Part shown: in pieces, positions 39,434-50,206 of the stretch
Position numbering within the stretch: position 1 is the first letter of the stretch
Layout of the letters: each line of letters begins with the position of its first letter
Source of the DNA: Oceanicaulis sp.
GTDB taxonomy: Bacteria; Pseudomonadota; Alphaproteobacteria; Caulobacterales; Maricaulaceae
Assembly (NCBI GenBank): GCA_965229795.1
Contig: CBDDJM010000001.1
Span: 958,630-1,022,629, forward strand
DNA length: 64,000 bases
Reading direction: 5' to 3'
Program-made: the position numbers and the translations under genes
Notes under the pieces: model-generated
Seen by the model: the letters and a program-made list of their open reading frames with translations, nothing else
Told to the model about the DNA's origin: nothing
Databases searched by the model: none

Positions 39434-40261
39434 TCAGCTCTTCAAGCGCCAGCCGGAGCGCAAAAGCACAAGACAGGCAACCAGAAGCGCAGCATTGATC
39501 GCGAGACAGACCAGCGCGCCCACCAGAAGATTGCTGTCATGGGCCCCGATAAAGCCATAGCGGAAGCCATCAATCAGGAAGAAGACCGGATTGACGTGGC
39601 TGATCGAATAGAAGGGCTCAGGCAGGCGTTCCACCGAGTAGAAAGTGCCTGACAGGAAGGCCAGCGGCATGATGATGAAGTTGGTTATCACCGCCAGGTG
39701 GTCAAACTTCTCCGCCCAGAGCCCGGCAATCACACCGACCATCGCCATCATCGCAGCGGCCGACAGACCGAAATACAATAGCGCCCAAGGATGCGCGATC
39801 GACATTTCGACAAAGGGAAACAGCACAAAGGCCACACTGGTTGCCACCGCCACCAGAACACCGCGCGTGATCGCGCCACCAATGAAGGCCGCTGCAAGTT
39901 CGGCTGGAGAGATGGGCGGCATCATCCAGTCGACGGTATTACCCATCATTTTCGCCGAGATCAGCGAGCTGGAAGAGTTTGCAAACGCATTGTTCAGAAC
40001 ACCCAGCATCACAAGCCCGGGGGCCAGGAAGCTGGTGAAGGCCACGCCGCCAATCGCTTCACGATCAGGTCCGATCGCCAGCGTAAACACCATCATGAAC
40101 AACAGGTTGGTCGCCACAGGTGCCAGCACCGTCTGGAAGTGAACCTTTAAAAAGCGGCGGACTTCCTTGTGATACAGCGTCCAGAGACCCAGCCAGTTTA
40201 CAGCGCCGATGGCGCGCGGCTTGGGCGGGGTAGCGACCGTGGCATTTTTCAAGTCTGACAA
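39434..40261 (-). CDS. ABC-2 type transporter permease
   Basis: 275-aa ORF with 6 TM segments. The N-terminus [23 protein letters not shown] is typical of YadH/NodJ-type ABC-2 permeases. No ATPase gene is adjacent. Confidence 0.75.
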   Translation of the reverse strand: MSDLKNATVATPPKPRAIGAVNWLGLWTLYHKEVRRFLKVHFQTVLAPVATNLLFMMVFTLAIGPDREAIGGVAFTSFLAPGLVMLGVLNNAFANSSSSLISAKMMGNTVDWMMPPISPAELAAAFIGGAITRGVLVAVATSVAFVLFPFVEMSIAHPWALLYFGLSAAAMMAMVGVIAGLWAEKFDHLAVITNFIIMPLAFLSGTFYSVERLPEPFYSISHVNPVFFLIDGFRYGFIGAHDSNLLVGALVCLAINAALLVACLVLLRSGWRLKS

Positions 40262-40517
40262 GGCTTGATCCCTTTTAGAGACTCACGTGACTGAACTGTT
40301 CGTGCTCGCTTTAGCACGCTTTTCCCCAGCATTTCGAATCAGCTTTCCACAGGCAGTGTCACCGCAAGGCTTGTGCGCGGCTGCGCCTTGGGTACTGTAT
40401 CTTGTGTCGGGCCCAATATGTTGAGCCAACGCCCCGATAGAGGGCCACCTGTAGTAGGTGCGGTCAGCGGATCCGACTCGGATGTGAACAAGCGTAGCAG
40501 GCGAGGAGCGCACCGCC

Positions 40518-41081
40518 ATGGCATGGACTGAAGACCGTGTGGAAACCCTGAAGAAACTTTGGGCTGATGGCTTGAGCGCCAGTCAGATCGCCAAGCAGCT
40601 GGGTGGCGTCACCCGCAATGCGGTGATCGGCAAAGTCCACCGCCTTGGCCTTTCCGGTCGAGCCACCCCGTCGCGCCCTGCGCGTCGTCCAGCACCGCGC
40701 CCGGCCCAGCCAAGAACGGCCAAATCGGCAGCGCCCAAGACGGCCAAGCCTTCCGTTGCCGCCAGCGCCAAGACCGCTCAGACACCGGCCCGGACTGCTC
40801 CAGAGCCGTCAATGCCCGCGCCCCAGGAAGCCCAGAAACTGCCCAGCGGTGAATACGCCACCGTGCTGACCCTGCGCGAAGGCATGTGCAAGTGGCCGAT
40901 CGGCGACCCGGCCTCGACCGAGTTCCGCTTCTGTGGTCGCAAGTCGGGATCGGGCACCGCCTATTGCGAAGCGCACTCGCAGGTGGCCTACCAGCCCCAG
41001 GCGAAACGCCGCCGCAAGCCGAGCGACGATGCCAAGGCGGTTCTCGATAGCATCCAGGCCGCCCGCCGAGTGAATTTCTAA
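40518..41081 (+). CDS. gcrA: cell-cycle transcriptional regulator GcrA
   Basis: MAWTEDRVETLKKLWADGLSASQIAKQLGGVTRNAVIGKVHRLGLSGR, then a proline/alanine-rich linker and the conserved C-terminus CKWPIGDP...FCG...YCEAH. Confidence 0.93.
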   Translation: MAWTEDRVETLKKLWADGLSASQIAKQLGGVTRNAVIGKVHRLGLSGRATPSRPARRPAPRPAQPRTAKSAAPKTAKPSVAASAKTAQTPARTAPEPSMPAPQEAQKLPSGEYATVLTLREGMCKWPIGDPASTEFRFCGRKSGSGTAYCEAHSQVAYQPQAKRRRKPSDDAKAVLDSIQAARRVNF

Positions 41082-41104
41082 TTTACGTCAAAGCTTTAGA
41101 CATG

Positions 41105-41137
41105 AAAAACCCCGCACCATCCGGTGCGGGGTTTTTT
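41105..41137. terminator. bidirectional rho-independent terminator between gcrA and phoB
   Basis: AAAAACCCCGCACC-ATCC-GGTGCGGGGTTTTT. The perfect stem is flanked by an A-run and a T-run. Confidence 0.85.
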
Positions 41138-41181
41138 GACGGGTCAGGTTTCACCCGATCCTGAGTCAGGTTCACACCATC

Positions 41182-41868
41182 CTAGTTGGGATTTAAGGCG
41201 TATCCGGCCGAGCGAACCGTACGGATCGGATCGCCGTCGCCGACCTTGTTCAGAGCCTTCCGAAGCCGTCCAATATGGACGTCCACTGTGCGCGCTTCCA
41301 CGTAGACGTCCGAGCCCCAGACAGCGTCAAGTAATTGTTCTCGCGAGAAAACCCGGCCTGGGTGCTGGATGAGATAGTCCAGAAGCCGGAACTCGGTCGG
41401 GCCCAGATGCACCTCGGTGCCGGACCGGGTGACCCGGTGCGCCACGCGGTCAATCGTGATGTCGCCCACGACGACATTATCCTCGGCCAGGCCGGGACGT
41501 ATCCGCCGTAAAACGGCGCGAACCCGGGCGAATAACTCCTGCATCAGGAAGGGCTTGACCACATAGTCGTCCGCCCCGGTATCCAGCCCCCGGATGCGGT
41601 CGGCTTCCTCACCGCGCGCGGTCAGCATGATGATCGGCAGATTGCGGCTTTCCTGGCGGCCGCGAAGCCGGCGGCACACCTCGATCCCGGAGACTTTGGG
41701 CAGCATCCAGTCCAGGATCACCACGTCGGGCTGGCGCTCTTCCACCAGCATCAGAGCCTCTTCGCCATCGGCGGCCATGGAAACCCTAAAGCCTTCTTTT
41801 TTCAGATTATACTGGAGGAGTTCGGACAGAGCGTCTTCATCCTCAACGACCAGAATATGCGGTTGCAT
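41182..41868 (-). CDS. phoB: phosphate regulon response regulator PhoB
   Basis: 228-aa OmpR-family ORF with ILVVEDE, DVVILDWMLP, LTARGEE and a winged-helix C-terminus. It lies directly downstream of phoU in the pst operon. Confidence 0.9.
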   Translation of the reverse strand: MQPHILVVEDEDALSELLQYNLKKEGFRVSMAADGEEALMLVEERQPDVVILDWMLPKVSGIEVCRRLRGRQESRNLPIIMLTARGEEADRIRGLDTGADDYVVKPFLMQELFARVRAVLRRIRPGLAEDNVVVGDITIDRVAHRVTRSGTEVHLGPTEFRLLDYLIQHPGRVFSREQLLDAVWGSDVYVEARTVDVHIGRLRKALNKVGDGDPIRTVRSAGYALNPN

Positions 41869-41870
41869 GT

Positions 41871-42587
41871 CTATTCCCCATCGAAGGCAGTCGGCCGGGT
41901 GCCCCGCGGCCTGGTTGCGGCGATGTCCGCCCCGGTTACGAGATAGTGGACGACCTCTGCGATGTTGGTCGCATGGTCGCCGATACGCTCAAGATTCTTC
42001 GCGATGAAGAGCAGGTGTGCGCCCGGCTCAATCATCGACTTTTCATCCGCCATCGCCGTCACCAGCTCGCGGAAAAGCGCGTTGTAATGCTCGTCCACAT
42101 CATCATCGCGCTCCCACACGGCAATCGCCTTCTCCGCGTTACCGGTGGCATAGGCATCCAGCACCTCATTGAGGTGGCCCTGAACGACTTTACCCATGCG
42201 ATCCACCGCCACAGCAAAGCTGGTCGGTTCGCTCTCAATCAGGGTTGGAACGCGCCGGGAAATGGACTTGGCCAGATCGCCTACACGCTCGAGATCATTG
42301 ACGATTTTCAGCGCCGAGATACAGGTGCGCAGGTCCTGGGCAATGGGCTGGCGCAGCGCCAGAAGGCGGATGATCTGCTTCTCAATCGCCCGCTCACGGT
42401 CATCCACATCCCGGTCACGCAGCACCACCGCCGCGGCACGCTCAGCATCGCGAGTGCTTGCAGATTCAAGGGCATCGGCAACCATGCTCTCGGCCATGCC
42501 GCCCATGGCCGACACGTCAGCCGACAGCTGTTCGAGCTCTTCAGAAAACGCCTTCACAATGTGAGGCGCGTTTACCGGGGCAACCAT
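41871..42587 (-). CDS. phoU: phosphate signalling complex protein PhoU
   Basis: 238-aa ORF with two PhoU repeats ending in the motifs LERVGDLAKSI and LERIGDHATNIAE. Confidence 0.92.
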   Translation of the reverse strand: MVAPVNAPHIVKAFSEELEQLSADVSAMGGMAESMVADALESASTRDAERAAAVVLRDRDVDDRERAIEKQIIRLLALRQPIAQDLRTCISALKIVNDLERVGDLAKSISRRVPTLIESEPTSFAVAVDRMGKVVQGHLNEVLDAYATGNAEKAIAVWERDDDVDEHYNALFRELVTAMADEKSMIEPGAHLLFIAKNLERIGDHATNIAEVVHYLVTGADIAATRPRGTRPTAFDGE

Positions 42588-42633
42588 TCCTGGGCCCTTT
42601 CGTTATTGGAATGATAGGCGTATTTGCGAGCCA

Positions 42634-43467
42634 TTAGCCGAACCGCCCTGTGATGTAATCCTGCGTACGTTGGTCGCGGGGATTGGTGAAAATTTCTTCG
42701 GTTGGCCCATACTCCACCAGGCTTCCCAGGTGGAAAAAGGCCGTCATCTGCGACACCCGCGCAGCCTGGGCCATGGAGTGGGTGACAATGATGAGCGTGT
42801 AATTTTCTCGAAGCTCATCAATGAGTTCCTCGATCCGCGCGGTGGCAATCGGGTCCAGCGCCGAGCAGGGTTCGTCCATCAGGATGACTTCCGGATTGAC
42901 CGCAATCGCGCGGGCAATCACGAGACGCTGCTGCTGCCCGCCAGACAGGGATGTCCCCGGCTGATCCAACCGATCCGCCACTTCATCCCACAGGCCCGCT
43001 TTGCGCAGGCTGCTTTCAACGATCGCGTCGAGCTGGTCTTTATCCGCAGCCAGACCGTGGATGCGCGGTCCATAGGCAACATTCTCATAGATCGTTTTGG
43101 GAAAGGGGTTTGGCTTCTGGAAAACCATCCCGACCCGGGCGCGCAAGATCACGGGGTCAACGCTACGATCATTGACCTCTTCGCCATCAATCAGGATGGA
43201 ACCTGACACGCGGGCATTATCGATCGTGTCATTCATCCTGTTGATGGAACGCAGGAAAGTCGACTTGCCACATCCTGATGGACCAATGAAAGCCGTCACC
43301 GCGCGCTCGGGGATCTCAATGCTCACACTGTTCAGCGCAGGCTTGTCGCCATAGCGCACACTCACGTCTTTGGTCGCGACCTTGGTCGTGTAGCTGGCCT
43401 CAACCGGATGGTAGAGCGTGTCCTGGCGAACCGCTGCGCCAGCTTGAAGCTTCTCATTCGCTGTCAC
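42634..43467 (-). CDS. pstB: phosphate ABC transporter ATP-binding protein PstB
   Basis: The ORF track gives 42634-43515. The likely GTG start at 43467 lies just after the pstA stop. Walker [10 protein letters not shown], signature LSGGQQQR, Walker B ILMDEP. Confidence 0.92.
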   Translation of the reverse strand: MTANEKLQAGAAVRQDTLYHPVEASYTTKVATKDVSVRYGDKPALNSVSIEIPERAVTAFIGPSGCGKSTFLRSINRMNDTIDNARVSGSILIDGEEVNDRSVDPVILRARVGMVFQKPNPFPKTIYENVAYGPRIHGLAADKDQLDAIVESSLRKAGLWDEVADRLDQPGTSLSGGQQQRLVIARAIAVNPEVILMDEPCSALDPIATARIEELIDELRENYTLIIVTHSMAQAARVSQMTAFFHLGSLVEYGPTEEIFTNPRDQRTQDYITGRFG

Positions 43468-43468
43468 G

Positions 43469-45205
43469 TTACCATCTCCGCTCGTACTTGCGCCGCAGAT
43501 AAATCGCGACCGCATTGAACAGGACCATCAAGACCAGCAGCACCAGAATGGCGGCTGCGGTACGCGCTTCGAAGGCGCGCTCTGCACTTGTGGACCAGAT
43601 AAAAATCTGCACCGGCATAACCGTCGAGGGGTCTGTGAAGCCTGTAAATCCGAAGCTTGGGGCATCGGCTACGAAGGCCACCATGCCGATCATCAAGAGC
43701 GGTGCTGTCTCGCCCAAGGCCTGCGCCAGGCCAATGATGGAGCCTGTGAGCATACCCGGCATTGCCAGCGGAAGCACGTGGTGGAAGACCGCCTGCGTCC
43801 TTGAAGCCCCAACCCCAAGCGCCGCCTCACGAATCGATGGGGGCACAGCCTTCAACGCGGCACGCGATGAAATGATCACCGTCGGCAAGGTCATCAGCGC
43901 CAGCACCATTCCGCCGAGCAAGGGAGTCGAACGCGGCAGTCCAAAGGCGTTGATAAAGACGGCAAGTCCCAACAATCCAAAGACGATTGAGGGCACGGCG
44001 GCCAGGTTGTTGATGTTCACTTCGATAAAGCTGGTGATGCGATTTTTCGGCGCGAATTCTTCAAGATAGATCGCTGCGCCCACTCCGACCGGAATGGCCA
44101 GAATTATCGTGATAATCATGGTCAGCACGGTACCAACAAAAGCACCGCGGACACCTGCAAGCTCCGGCTCGCGGCTGTCGGCATTGGTAAAGAGGAGCGT
44201 GTTAAACGCATTGCGAACCAGGCCGCGCTCCTCCAGAAGACGCACAAAGACCATTTGCCGGTCGGTAACCAGCCTTGTCGCCGCGGGCGTTTCAATCTCC
44301 CAGAGTGTCCAGCTGGCAACCGTATGCGCAGTGGCCTCAGTGTACAGGAGCACCTCCCCCGTCGCAGCTCGCCCGCCCGGCTCAATGGAGCTCAGCCGCA
44401 CCACCGTGTCGCCTGCGCGCACCAAAAGGCTCGGTTCGCGAGGGCCAAGCTGCAGGGCTGCGCCCGGACGTGCGCGCTCACGTAGCCTTAGCGATCTGGC
44501 CTCGGCGCGCTGGGCTTCGGCCTCAAGGATCTGGCGCTCATCAGCGTCAATGGTCTGAGACGCAGCCGCTCGCGCAGCTGCCGCTGCCACCTCATCACGG
44601 TTTGCGCTCTCAGCCATCGCCTGGCGCAGGCGATCTGAGACCGGCGCAAATACCGGCTCGGCCGCTTCAAGCCGGGCCACACCATCGCCAAAGCTGAACG
44701 AGAGCGGTGCGTTCATCTCAGTCACGCGTTCGCTGACCGAAGCGCCTTTCAGATACCGATCCGCGTCATCGGAGATCGGGAATTCGAACTCGATGGTCTG
44801 ACCCACAAGGTCGGGGTTTTCCACCACGTCGTTCAACAGGCGTGAGGCGTTAATGGCGCTGTAGAGCCCGAACAACTCACGACGCTCGCCAAGACCGACA
44901 ACCGTTGGAAACTGCGCCTGCAGAGCGGCTTGAAGGGCTATGTTATAGCTACCGCGGCGCAGGCTCGCCTCGCTGCCATCAGCGCGCGGGTCGACAAGCT
45001 CGCGCTCCAGCGTGACCGGTAAGGTAAGGCGGTGGGCGGTAAAAGCAGACAGCGACTGGGTGAAGATGGATCCAACAAGCACAGCCAGGAACAGCACCGC
45101 AAGGGTGATCGCCGCCAGGCCATAGGCCTGGAAGCGTTGTTCAGCCCGGTGACGTTGCGGCAGTCGCTCCGTCACGGCATCGCGGATCCGGACCGGGCTA
45201 CTCAT
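43469..45205 (-). CDS. pstA: phosphate ABC transporter permease PstA (long form)
   Basis: 578-aa ORF. One N-terminal TM is followed by a roughly 300-aa non-membrane insert and then the canonical PstA core with the EAA-like loop [13 protein letters not shown]. Confidence 0.88.
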   Translation of the reverse strand: MSSPVRIRDAVTERLPQRHRAEQRFQAYGLAAITLAVLFLAVLVGSIFTQSLSAFTAHRLTLPVTLERELVDPRADGSEASLRRGSYNIALQAALQAQFPTVVGLGERRELFGLYSAINASRLLNDVVENPDLVGQTIEFEFPISDDADRYLKGASVSERVTEMNAPLSFSFGDGVARLEAAEPVFAPVSDRLRQAMAESANRDEVAAAAARAAASQTIDADERQILEAEAQRAEARSLRLRERARPGAALQLGPREPSLLVRAGDTVVRLSSIEPGGRAATGEVLLYTEATAHTVASWTLWEIETPAATRLVTDRQMVFVRLLEERGLVRNAFNTLLFTNADSREPELAGVRGAFVGTVLTMIITIILAIPVGVGAAIYLEEFAPKNRITSFIEVNINNLAAVPSIVFGLLGLAVFINAFGLPRSTPLLGGMVLALMTLPTVIISSRAALKAVPPSIREAALGVGASRTQAVFHHVLPLAMPGMLTGSIIGLAQALGETAPLLMIGMVAFVADAPSFGFTGFTDPSTVMPVQIFIWSTSAERAFEARTAAAILVLLVLMVLFNAVAIYLRRKYERRW

Positions 45206-46889
45206 AGCGTTCCCGGAATCGATCGACGACGCGTAGCGCAGCGATATTCAAGAACAGCGTCAGCCCAAACAGCACCAGGGCCAGCGCAAAGGCGGACAGC
45301 GTCTTGGCGCTTTCAAACTCCTGGTCACCGGTGATCAGCATGACGATCTGAACGGTGATGGTCGTCACTGACTCTAGCGGGTTTGCTGTCAGATTGGCTC
45401 CCTGCCCGGCAGCCATGACGACGATCATCGTTTCACCAATCGCCCGGCTCACCGCCAGAAGGATTGCGCCCACAATGCCGGGCAAGGCAGCGGGCAGCAC
45501 CACATGGCGCACCGCTTCAGACTTGGTAGCCCCCATGGCATAGGCACCATCCCGTAACGATTGAGGCACCGCGTTAATGACGTCATCAGATAGCGAGGAC
45601 ACGAAGGGAATGATCATGATGCCCATGACCAGACCGGCCGACAGAGCGCTCTGCGTGACGGCGTCTTCATAGCCGAGGAAAATCGCTGCCTCACGAATGA
45701 ACGGGCCAACAGTTAACAAGGCAAAGAAGCCGTAGACGACGGTCGGTACGCCAGCGAGAATTTCAAGAACTGGTTTGGCAATCGCACGAAAACGAGGGCT
45801 CGCGTATTCCGACAGATAGATCGCCGCAAACAGGCCCACCGGAACGGCCACACACATGGCCAGTAGCGTGATCAGGGCTGTTCCGGCAAACAGCGGCACC
45901 GCACCGAAGGCACCGGTTTGGCCGATCTGATCGGCGCGAATGGCGATCTGCGGGCTCCACTGCAGGCCAAAAAGAAATTCGTGGATGCGCCAGTCAATCG
46001 CAGCAAAAAAGCGGATCGATTCAAACAGAAGCGATAGGACGATGCCCAGGGTCGTCAGGATGGCGATCGCCGATGCACAGAACAGCACAAAGGAAACAGC
46101 CCCTTCCACACAGTCGCGGGCGCGAAAGCTGACTGTGATCCGGCGGCTCATCCAGGTCAGCCCGCCTAGCGCCAAAGCCATCGCAAGCCCGGCTGACGAC
46201 CATCGAAACATCTCATCCCAGGGGCGCATCGCGTCGCCCGCAGCCACCAAGGCAGCGGTCGAACGACTGGCAAAGCCCTCATCAAAGGCGAGCGCGCGGG
46301 CATCGGATAGGAAAAGAGCCCGGCGGTCCGGTGAAGCCCGCCAGTACTCAAAGCCCGCACGGGCACGATCACCGGCCAGATTATCCGGGGCGCGCACAGC
46401 AATGGATCGCGCAATCCGGTCCTGGACTTGGGCCATTTCACCCTGCAACCGGTTCAGCTCGACCGTCAGATCTCCCAGACTGCGCTGGTACACGGCAACC
46501 TCGCCGCCATCGCGCCGAGCCATGTCCAGCTCATTGCTGGCTGACTGAGCTTCGGCTTCAAGCTGCGCGACGGCTTCACTGAGACCGATTAAGTCGGGAT
46601 CTTGCGCCACCTGGGCCTCGTAAGCCCGGATCAGCGGAGCGGCTTCACGCTCCAGCTCGCCCATCGCAAGCGTGTTGACCAGGCTTGTTCCCGCAACGCC
46701 ATAGATTGCCAACAATATCAACGCCGGAACCCCGGTCCACAGCGCCAGATAATACCCGTAATAGCTGGGCAATGAATGCAGCGCACTCGGCTGGTCAGCC
46801 GCAGCCACAATGGCTCTGCGACGACCGACCAAATAGCCAATCGCCGTCAGCACCAGCAAGGCAAGCGCGACGTAAACCGAGATCTGCAT
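45198..46889 (-). CDS. pstC: phosphate ABC transporter permease PstC (long form)
   Basis: 563-aa ORF. Two N-terminal TM segments are followed by a roughly 180-aa coiled-coil-like insert and then the canonical PstC core with RDGAYAMGATKSE. It overlaps pstA by 8 nt. Confidence 0.88.
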   Translation of the reverse strand: MQISVYVALALLVLTAIGYLVGRRRAIVAAADQPSALHSLPSYYGYYLALWTGVPALILLAIYGVAGTSLVNTLAMGELEREAAPLIRAYEAQVAQDPDLIGLSEAVAQLEAEAQSASNELDMARRDGGEVAVYQRSLGDLTVELNRLQGEMAQVQDRIARSIAVRAPDNLAGDRARAGFEYWRASPDRRALFLSDARALAFDEGFASRSTAALVAAGDAMRPWDEMFRWSSAGLAMALALGGLTWMSRRITVSFRARDCVEGAVSFVLFCASAIAILTTLGIVLSLLFESIRFFAAIDWRIHEFLFGLQWSPQIAIRADQIGQTGAFGAVPLFAGTALITLLAMCVAVPVGLFAAIYLSEYASPRFRAIAKPVLEILAGVPTVVYGFFALLTVGPFIREAAIFLGYEDAVTQSALSAGLVMGIMIIPFVSSLSDDVINAVPQSLRDGAYAMGATKSEAVRHVVLPAALPGIVGAILLAVSRAIGETMIVVMAAGQGANLTANPLESVTTITVQIVMLITGDQEFESAKTLSAFALALVLFGLTLFLNIAALRVVDRFRERYE

Positions 46890-46982
46890 GTCTGCTCCAG
46901 ATCACGGGGGAAGCTGTTCCACCCAAGCTTGGGGGTCCCCGCGTTAGAAGCCGGGAAACTGCTCCGCATCAGTCACTTGGAT

Positions 46983-47000
46983 ATGACAGGTTTGCGACAG
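46983..47000 (-). promoter_or_regulatory. Pho box (PhoB-binding site) upstream of pstC
   Basis: The minus strand reads CTGTCGC-AAAC-CTGTCAT: two 7-nt direct repeats with a 4-nt spacer (11-bp periodicity), about 95 nt upstream of the pstC start. This matches the consensus CTGTCAT-N4-CTGTCAT. Confidence 0.7.
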
Positions 47001-47044
47001 TTTTGTAACATCGCCGAATGTCGTCAGGAAAAGGGCGAACCGGA

Positions 47045-48487
<1,443 letters not shown>

Positions 48488-48760
48488 GACAGTGTGACAG
48501 TGCTGTTGCCAGCGGCGTCATCAAGCCCGGCCTGTGCGAAGTCAAGCGAGAGCTTTCTTCAGAGCCATGCATCCGGTTGCCCTCCGCCATGCATCCTTAT
48601 GGGTATACGCACCCATGAGCGGGCCGTAGTGGAATATTACAGGGACCCAAACGCTATATGAATTTTCTGTAATTCGAGAAAAATTTGTCGTTTTTCGATA
48701 AGTTTTGATTGACTTTCAAGAAGCCCCTAGTAGTTTGCGGTCAATTGTTGAACCATCCGA

Positions 48761-50158
48761 TTGGAGCGTAAGAACGTGCTTCGCCGAGTTTCGCCTTTCA
48801 TTGCCGTTATTTGTGTTGCGGCCTGCACCCCGAACCCGTCGCTGGACGCGACGGCACCGCTGGCAACGCCAGCCGGGTTCACCGCTCTGACTGCAGAGAC
48901 CGGCCCGTCAGCCTCCGACTGGGTTGTCGGCTTTGGTGACCCGCGCCTGTCGCTCCTTGTTGCTGAAGCACTGGACGCCAATCCATCGGTTCTGGCCACC
49001 CGCGCCAGCCTGGATGCGGCAGAGGCGAGTGCCCGCTCTTCCAACGCCAACCGCTTGCCGACCCTGGACGCGGGCTTCGGCGTGAGTGAGCGCGACGGTG
49101 GCCCCCAGTCTGGAACGTCCTACTCGCTCGGCCTTGAAGCCTCCTGGCAGGCTGACATCTGGGGCCGGCTTCGCGATAATGCCCGGGCTGGCTCTCTCAG
49201 CGCAGAAGCGGCCCGCGCAGACTGGTATGGAGCCCGTCTTTCGATTGCAGCAGCCACGGCGCGCGCCTGGTATGCTCTCAATGAAGCCGCCCTCCAGACA
49301 GAGCTTGCCCGTCAGGACGTGGACACCCGCAGCCGCCAGCTCGATATCGTTGTGCGCCGCTTTAATCGCGGTGTTTCGCGCTCGTCTGATGTACGAACCG
49401 CCCGTTCGGCGCTCGCTTCCAGCCAAGCTGGCCTGGCATCGCGTGAACTCAGCGAAGCCGCCGCGGCCCGTACGCTCGAAACCCTTCTGGGCAATTATCC
49501 CGCCGGCACCATCACCGGCGATGCAGGCCTGCCTGATCTGGCTGCGGTGCCAAACCCAGGGTCTCCTGAAGCCCTGTTTGAGCGCCGCCCCGATCTGATT
49601 GCCGCCTCCGCGCGTCTGGCGTCGGCTGGCTTCTCAGCTGAGGCCGCGCGCAAGGCGCTTTACCCGAACCTCTCCTTGAGCGGTTCGACCAGCGATGGCG
49701 GTATCAATCTTGAAGACGCCTTTGATCTTGATGGTCTGGTCAGCACGATCGCAGCCAACCTGACCGCTCCGATTTTCCGTGGCGGTGCCTTGCGCGCCGA
49801 ACGGGATCGGGCGGCAGCCAATGCTGAGAGACTGGCAGCCCTTTATGTGGACGCTGCGCTGACCGCGCTGCGTGAAACCGAGAACGCCATCGACGCTGAT
49901 GCCCGCCTGGCGGTTCGTGTGGAGGCGCTGACGCGCGCCGTCACCGAAGCCGAAGAAGCGCTGGCGCTGGTGGAACGCCAGTACGCATCAGGCGTCGCAA
50001 CCATTTTTGAACTGATCGACGCCCAGTCGCGTCTGATCAATGCAAACGCACAGCTGATCACGGCGCGTGCAGATCGTGTTGACAACCGGGTCGCCCTGCA
50101 TCTGGCGATTGCCGGGGATTTCGCAGCAGGCGGCGGCATCGCGCCGGACGCTCAATAA
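48761..50158 (+). CDS. efflux transporter outer membrane factor lipoprotein (NodT family)
   Basis: 465-aa ORF with lipobox VAAC and two OEP repeats. The pattern WWxxFGDPxL is represented by DWVVGFGDPRLSLLV. Confidence 0.88.
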   Translation: MERKNVLRRVSPFIAVICVAACTPNPSLDATAPLATPAGFTALTAETGPSASDWVVGFGDPRLSLLVAEALDANPSVLATRASLDAAEASARSSNANRLPTLDAGFGVSERDGGPQSGTSYSLGLEASWQADIWGRLRDNARAGSLSAEAARADWYGARLSIAAATARAWYALNEAALQTELARQDVDTRSRQLDIVVRRFNRGVSRSSDVRTARSALASSQAGLASRELSEAAAARTLETLLGNYPAGTITGDAGLPDLAAVPNPGSPEALFERRPDLIAASARLASAGFSAEAARKALYPNLSLSGSTSDGGINLEDAFDLDGLVSTIAANLTAPIFRGGALRAERDRAAANAERLAALYVDAALTALRETENAIDADARLAVRVEALTRAVTEAEEALALVERQYASGVATIFELIDAQSRLINANAQLITARADRVDNRVALHLAIAGDFAAGGGIAPDAQ

Positions 50159-50206
50159 ACGTAGCAAAGAGCCGGTTGAACCGGCCAAGGGACAGAAAAA
50201 TAGAGG

